Shown piece by piece: positions 58,929 to 64,000 of a DNA stretch of 64,000 nt (the stretch's first letter is position 1; every line of letters begins with the position of its first letter). Below the pieces are notes generated by a model. The model did not search any database. It saw only the letters and a list, made by a program, of their open reading frames with translations, and was not told the DNA's origin. The stretch lies in NCBI GenBank assembly GCA_963827655.1, contig CAWHCF010000049.1, forward strand, positions 224,001 through 288,000, in the 5' to 3' direction. The DNA is from an uncultured Acidobacteriota bacterium. Its GTDB lineage: Bacteria; Acidobacteriota; UBA6911. The position numbers and the translations under genes were made by a program.

Positions 58929-59492
58929 TCAACGTTTCTTGGATTTGGTTTTGACCGGAAAGCGCTCTAGGCCCGTTTCGGCGCCTTCGCGGGCGCCCTC
59001 GGCTATCTCCAGCCCCTGGTTGCTAAGATTCCAGACCGGTTCGTCCTTTTTCTCCTCCGCAATTTTCTTGATGATGGCCAGGTCCTTCGCCGCCTTCTCA
59101 GCGCCCTCTTTAAGATCCTTGAGAGCTTTATTCAGCTTGCCCCGGTCGGTGGAGGGCCTTTCGGCCGCCTCGTCGAGGTTAATCATGACGCTGCGTATGA
59201 TCCGGGAATAACCTTCGAGCATTTCCTGGACCGTAAAAAACTCCAGCGGGTCTCCCGCGACCGACTCCTTGCCGTGCAGCCTTTCCTCGGCGGTCTTCAG
59301 CCGCAGCGCGCCGGCATCCATATAAATCTTGATCCGCTTGTCGATTTCTTGAGCATCCTGAAGCTTGAGAATCTCGTCAGGAGTAAGAAACTCCTTGCCC
59401 GCGGATGACGTGGCGGCGATTAGCCCGAACCCTACCGCCACTAGGTATGCCTGAATTAACGATCTGAGCATCCTGGTTACCTCTGAAATCAT
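58929..59492 (-). CDS. Secreted helical hypothetical protein
   Basis: Signal-like leader, EFLT.DEI..LQDAQE..KR. Confidence 0.6.
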   Translation of the reverse strand: MISEVTRMLRSLIQAYLVAVGFGLIAATSSAGKEFLTPDEILKLQDAQEIDKRIKIYMDAGALRLKTAEERLHGKESVAGDPLEFFTVQEMLEGYSRIIRSVMINLDEAAERPSTDRGKLNKALKDLKEGAEKAAKDLAIIKKIAEEKKDEPVWNLSNQGLEIAEGAREGAETGLERFPVKTKSKKR

Positions 59493-59501
59493 GATCGAAC
59501 G

Positions 59502-61481
59502 TCACATTTTAGGAGGGGCCTCGCACCCTAGCAAATCAAGTGCTTTCTCAAGCTGCTTGCGCACCAAGTCGGTGACGAACAGCAAACACTGTTTTCGATG
59601 GTCGTCGCTTTCGGAAAGGATGTGATGACGGTGATAAAAGAGATTGAACTTCTGCGCCAGGTGAAAGGCGTACTTTCCGAGTTGGGAAAGTTCCAGGGAG
59701 GATGTTACCTGCCGCACTACTTCAGGCAATCTAGCCGCCTGGTATACAAGCTCCCAGATGTCGTTTTGTGAGGCCAGGAACTCCTGCAACAGCGCCTCAT
59801 CCAAGGCTTGGACCGGAGGCGATGCCCCTGACTCCGCGAGCTTTCGGAAGATGTTGTTGGCGCGGACCACCGCATACTGGACGTAGGGTCCGGTCTCTCC
59901 GTCGAAGTTCAGGGCTTCTTTGAAATCAAAGGCTATCACCGTTGTGCGCGCGAATCGCAGTAGAAAATAGCGCAGCGCCCCCACCGCTATGATTGAAGCG
60001 ATCCTTCGGGCCTCCTCGTCGGGAAGGGCGTGGCGCGAACGGACTTCTGCCAGAGCCCTCTCCATGAGGGTGTCCAGCAGGTCATCGGCCTTCACGCCCA
60101 GCCCCTTGCGGCCCGAGACCTCGACGTAAGGACGTTTCTTCTCCTCCGCGGAGAGTTCGACTCCGAGTTCTTCACAGCATGCGGGACTGAGAGCCACCAT
60201 CGCGTAGGAGAAATGGACGGAGTTCTTCGCCTGTTCCTGGTAGCCCAGAGCCTTCAATCCTTGAAGTACAACCTGTTGCAAGTAGGCCTGACGGGTATCG
60301 ATGACATTGTAGACCCGGCTGGCGCACCCGAACCGAGGTGGTTGCACTCCGGGAACTTCATCAGGCGCGGTAATCCACAGGGTGTGGCCATTGTAGACTT
60401 CGAAAGGGCGGTAATGAAAATCGAGACCGAGCAAGCCGAATTTCCACAGCTGATAGGCGATGTCCTTGCCGACATAGGTTACAGTGCTGTCGGACCGGAC
60501 GATAATCTTTTCATCGTCCTGGACTTCGTCCCCAGAGACTTCCCCTGCGGACTCATCGGCCCGATCCCGGGTTTTCATTACCCAGCAACCGCGGTTCTTC
60601 CCATCCTCTACGAAATAGACCGCACCTCTGTCCTTCAGTAACTTGAAGGCCCTCTCCCAAAAGTGAAGGTGCAGGATTTCACTTTCGCGAGGAAGAAGAT
60701 CGTATTGCACGCCGATCCTGCCCATGGTTGCCACGTGCGCCCGCACCACCCGCATGGCCACGTGGTTCGCGAGTTCCGCGGTCGGGTTATTCCCGGCCTC
60801 AATCGCTTGCAGGCTCAAGCTGCGCAATTTTCGATTTTCCTCGGACTGGGTGTAGAACTCGGCCACGCGGGCATAGACGTCCCAGCAGTAGTAGTCAAAT
60901 TTCCCGTCCACGGCGGCCACCTCGGCCAGGTTCTTTCCCTCCATGCGCTCCAACCCCACTACTACGTCCGCCACTTGAACGCCCGTGTTGTCGACGTAGT
61001 TCTGGACCTCCACGTCATGTCCTAGAAAGCGAAGGCATCGGACGAAAGAGTCGCCCAGCGCGGCGTTGCGCAGATGTCCTATGTGAGCCGCCTTGTTGGG
61101 ATTGATATTGGTGTGTTCGACGATGATTTTGCCGTCGGAGACCGACTCCTCGAGTCTGCCGTGCAAACTCCGTCCGATACTCTCTTGCAGGCGAAGCGCC
61201 AGGCTGCCGCGGTGGAGGTAGAAGTTAAGATAACCGCCGCCGGCAACGTCAACCTTCCAGATTCCGGGAATCTCTCGCGCGGCTTGGGCTAGTTCCAGCG
61301 CGATATCTCGAGGGGCGCGCTTCAGTTTGCGCCCCAGGTCAAAGGCGATTGGAAGAGCCAACTCACCCAGATCGACGCTCGGAGGGAGGGTGAAGTTCAG
61401 TTTTTCGTAGCTGACTTGATAGCGGTCGCGGATTTGCTGGAGAAGAACCTTCTCCACTTCTCGCGAGAGTGCGGAAAGCAT
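59502..61481 (-). CDS. argS: Arginine--tRNA ligase
   Basis: EHTNINPNKAAHIGHLRN, SGRKG, GETGPY.QYA, C-terminal PPKM. Confidence 0.96.
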   Translation of the reverse strand: MLSALSREVEKVLLQQIRDRYQVSYEKLNFTLPPSVDLGELALPIAFDLGRKLKRAPRDIALELAQAAREIPGIWKVDVAGGGYLNFYLHRGSLALRLQESIGRSLHGRLEESVSDGKIIVEHTNINPNKAAHIGHLRNAALGDSFVRCLRFLGHDVEVQNYVDNTGVQVADVVVGLERMEGKNLAEVAAVDGKFDYYCWDVYARVAEFYTQSEENRKLRSLSLQAIEAGNNPTAELANHVAMRVVRAHVATMGRIGVQYDLLPRESEILHLHFWERAFKLLKDRGAVYFVEDGKNRGCWVMKTRDRADESAGEVSGDEVQDDEKIIVRSDSTVTYVGKDIAYQLWKFGLLGLDFHYRPFEVYNGHTLWITAPDEVPGVQPPRFGCASRVYNVIDTRQAYLQQVVLQGLKALGYQEQAKNSVHFSYAMVALSPACCEELGVELSAEEKKRPYVEVSGRKGLGVKADDLLDTLMERALAEVRSRHALPDEEARRIASIIAVGALRYFLLRFARTTVIAFDFKEALNFDGETGPYVQYAVVRANNIFRKLAESGASPPVQALDEALLQEFLASQNDIWELVYQAARLPEVVRQVTSSLELSQLGKYAFHLAQKFNLFYHRHHILSESDDHRKQCLLFVTDLVRKQLEKALDLLGCEAPPKM

Positions 61482-61670
61482 AATTCTCCGTGCTGTGCCA
61501 ATCGAAGAAGATACCCCATCGATTTCATCAAATCAACGAGCGCAAGGCGGGACAAAACCAACCACAAAGACACGAAGACTCGAAGAAACGCCAGGTTTCC
61601 CAAAAAGGTCAAGCAGCCGTCCGCCGAGCCACACGTCTTGACTTCGTCCGTGGGCGAACCCTACGATTCA

Positions 61671-61823
61671 ATTTCGGATTGCAGATTGCGGATTGCGGAT
61701 TGAAGATAGTTGCGGATTGGGGATTGGAATTGGGAATTACGGATTGAAGAGCGTACCCGATAGAGAATCGGCCATCTCGAAGGAGACAATCTGCAATCGC
61801 GGAAATCTGCAATCCGCAATCGA
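61671..61823. repeat. Inverted heptamer arrays (GATTGCG / CGCAATC variant)
   Basis: (GATTGCG)n ... (AATCYGC)n ending ~12 nt before the larC ATG. Confidence 0.8.
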
Positions 61824-61834
61824 TAGAAGGAATT

Positions 61835-63033
61835 ATGCGCATCGTGTATTTCGAGCCCTTCTCGGGGATCAGCGGCGACATGGTACTCGGAGCTCTGCTC
61901 GACCTGGGTCTCGAGCTCGAGACCCTCCAGCAGCAGTTGAATGCGCTCCCCTTCGAGGACTATGGCCTATCTAGCCGCAGGTGTTCCAAGGCCGGAATTC
62001 GGGCAATCAAGTTCGATGTCAATGACCGCACCGGCGCCGGAGAGGTCAGCAGCGGCTCATCACTCGCACACGAGCTACCGCGAAATCCGGAACATGATTC
62101 AGTCGAGCCCGCTTTCGGCCTGGGTTAAGGGAAAATCGCTGGAAGCCTTTCGCCGGCTGGCCGAAGCCGAAGCGAAGATTCACGATCGAGACCCCGAAGA
62201 AGTTCAGTTTCATGAGGTCGGAGCGGTCGATTCCATTGTCGATATTGTGGGGTGCATGATTGGTCTTGAACGGTTCCTGCCGGCAGTCGTTCCTCTCGGC
62301 TCCTGTGAATGTGGGGCAGGGCACTCTCCGCTGCCAGCACGGTATCTATCCAGCGCCTGGCCCGGCAACCGAGGAACTGCTCAAAGGGATACCAACATAC
62401 TCGGACGCGATCTCCGGAGAGCTCACGACTCCGACTGGAGCGACCCTCCTCGCCACGCTGGTGGAACGGTTCGGTCCTCGGCCGCTCATGCGGATCGAGG
62501 GCGCCGGCTATGGGGCTGGAAGCCGGGACCTGGCGGGAGTCGCGAACGTGCTGCGCCTCACGGTCGGAGAGGAGATCCGGTTCGACCAACCCGCCTCAGC
62601 GCGCGAACAGGTCGCCGTGATCGAAGCGACTATCGACGACATGAACCCCCAGATCTACGGGTACTTTCAGGAAAGGGCGTTCGAACAAGGCGCCCTCGAT
62701 GTTTATGCGACTCCGGTTCAGATGAAGAAGAATCGGCCGGCGATGGAATTGACCGTCGTATGCACGCCGGAAAGCGTTGAGAGACTCAGCCGGCTGATCT
62801 TTGCCGAGACCACGACGATCGGCATAAGATACACGATCGCCGAACGCAAAACGCTTCAACGGCAGTTCGCCGAAGTCCAGACGGAATACGGACCGGTTAC
62901 GATCAAGGTGTCATCATTGGACGGGCGCCGCATGAACTTTGTCCCCGAATATGAGGACTGCAGGCGATTGGCGGTAGAAAAGGATGTGGCTCTGAAGGAA
63001 GTTCAGGCGGCCGCCGATTCGGGCGTATCTTGA
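61835..63033 (+). CDS. larC: Nickel pincer cofactor biosynthesis protein LarC (several indels)
   Basis: SGISGDM.LGALLD, FHEVGAVDSIVDIVG, ELTTPTGA, IDDMNP, MKKNRP, ETTTIG, PEYED. Confidence 0.92.
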
Positions 63034-63045
63034 GAGCGCGGCCAA

Positions 63046-63120
63046 ATCGATTGACGATTGACGATTGTCGATTGAGATTCGACTCGGAATCGCTCAATCG
63101 TCAATCGTAAATCGTCAATC
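63046..63120. repeat. Inverted heptamer arrays (TTGACGA type)
   Basis: GATTGACGATTGACGATTG ... CAATCGTCAATCGTAAATCGTCAATC between larC and the next gene. Confidence 0.85.
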
Positions 63121-63136
63121 CGAAGGAGAGTGAAGC

Positions 63137-63505
63137 ATGCCCGAAGAGAAAGCGATGCCATCGGTACCCGATGTCCCCAATGACAGGATCAGCATCGAGG
63201 ACTTTGCCAAAGTGCAGATGAGAGTGGGACAGATCACGGAGGCGGAGAAAATTGAAGGCTCTCGCAAGCTGGTAAAGCTCAGAGTCGACCTTGGTACGGA
63301 GGTTCGCCAGGTCGTTGCTGGTATTGCCGACGCTTATGATCCGGCCAGTCTTCTAAATCGAAAAGTAGTCGTGGTGGCCAACTTGAAACCGGCCAAGCTC
63401 ATGGGCGTCGAGTCCAACGGCATGGTTGTGGCTGCCTCCGTCGACGGAAAACCGGTCCTCGCCACGTTCACCGAAGATGTGCCCAACGGCACTTTACTCA
63501 AGTAA
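63137..63505 (+). CDS. Stand-alone tRNA-binding OB-fold protein (MetRS C-terminal/Trbp111 type)
   Basis: ISIEDFAKV, RQVVAGI, ANLKPAKLMGVESNGM. Confidence 0.9.
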   Translation: MPEEKAMPSVPDVPNDRISIEDFAKVQMRVGQITEAEKIEGSRKLVKLRVDLGTEVRQVVAGIADAYDPASLLNRKVVVVANLKPAKLMGVESNGMVVAASVDGKPVLATFTEDVPNGTLLK

Positions 63506-63526
63506 GTGCGTCACACCGGCGCGTCG

Positions 63527-64000
63527 ATGATAGCCGACTCCCACGCTCATCTCGATATGCCCCAGTTCGACTCGGATCGCGACGACGTCATCCGCCGCGC
63601 CCGGGACTGCGGGGTTGAGTTGCTGATCACAATCGGGACCGGGAATCCGGCGGAGTCTTCGGTCGAGAAGACGCATTGAACTGGCTGGGAAGCATGACTT
63701 CATTCATATCGGAATAGGCGTACATCCGCACGACGCGCGGCTTCCTGACGAGTCATACTGGGAAAGAATGGGACAGTGGGCACGACATCCCAAGGTCGTG
63801 CTCTGGGGCGAGATAGGGCTGGACTATCACTACGACCGTTCCCCCCGCGAGATCCAGCGGCTGGTATTCCGACGACAGCTCCGGATGGCGCGAGAGCACA
63901 ACCTGCCCGTATCGATCCACTGCCGTGACGCGTGGCCGGACCTGCTTGCGATGCTCGAGGAGGACTGGGATTCGGGCAAGCAACGGGGAATTCTGCACAG
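63527..64000 (+). CDS. tatD: TatD family hydrolase (indel ~63670; truncated by window end)
   Basis: DSHAHL, GVHPH, GEIGLDY, IHCRDA. Confidence 0.9.

Noticed and set aside
61835-63033. Programmed ribosomal frameshift in larC, as in Lactobacillus
   Set aside because: There are several breaks at scattered positions and similar indels occur across the window, so sequencing error is more parsimonious.

Overview
GC-rich bacterial chromosomal window. Gene content and protein style suggest Acidobacteriota (inference). About 13 otherwise intact genes carry single-base indels, which points to a long-read or MAG assembly. The left ~6.4 kb is a general-stress island (CsbD, DUF6335, DUF883/YqjE/DUF3618, YhfW-like Rieske oxidoreductase). 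Four of its promoters look sigma54-dependent, and three have a GGGAAAnTTTCCC-like palindrome upstream. The rest is mostly housekeeping: pdxB, nadE-pncB, pckA-arginase-pcm, an M16 protease pair, divergent pyrKDF/pyrRBC, selB, ffh-rpsP-khpA-rimM-trmD-rplS, thiE, argS, larC and tatD. Scattered among these are orphan signalling and DNA-processing genes: an output-less Cache sensor, a 3xGAF-PP2C, an ECF sigma with a 792-aa anti-sigma, a NucS-like nuclease, an AlkZ-like protein with an atypical motif, and a stand-alone DGQHR protein. Intergenic DNA holds several small repeat families: inverted heptamer arrays placed at stop/start junctions, a ~50-bp dispersed repeat, and a MITE pair flanking a small membrane gene. 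I recognised no rRNA, tRNA or CRISPR array.
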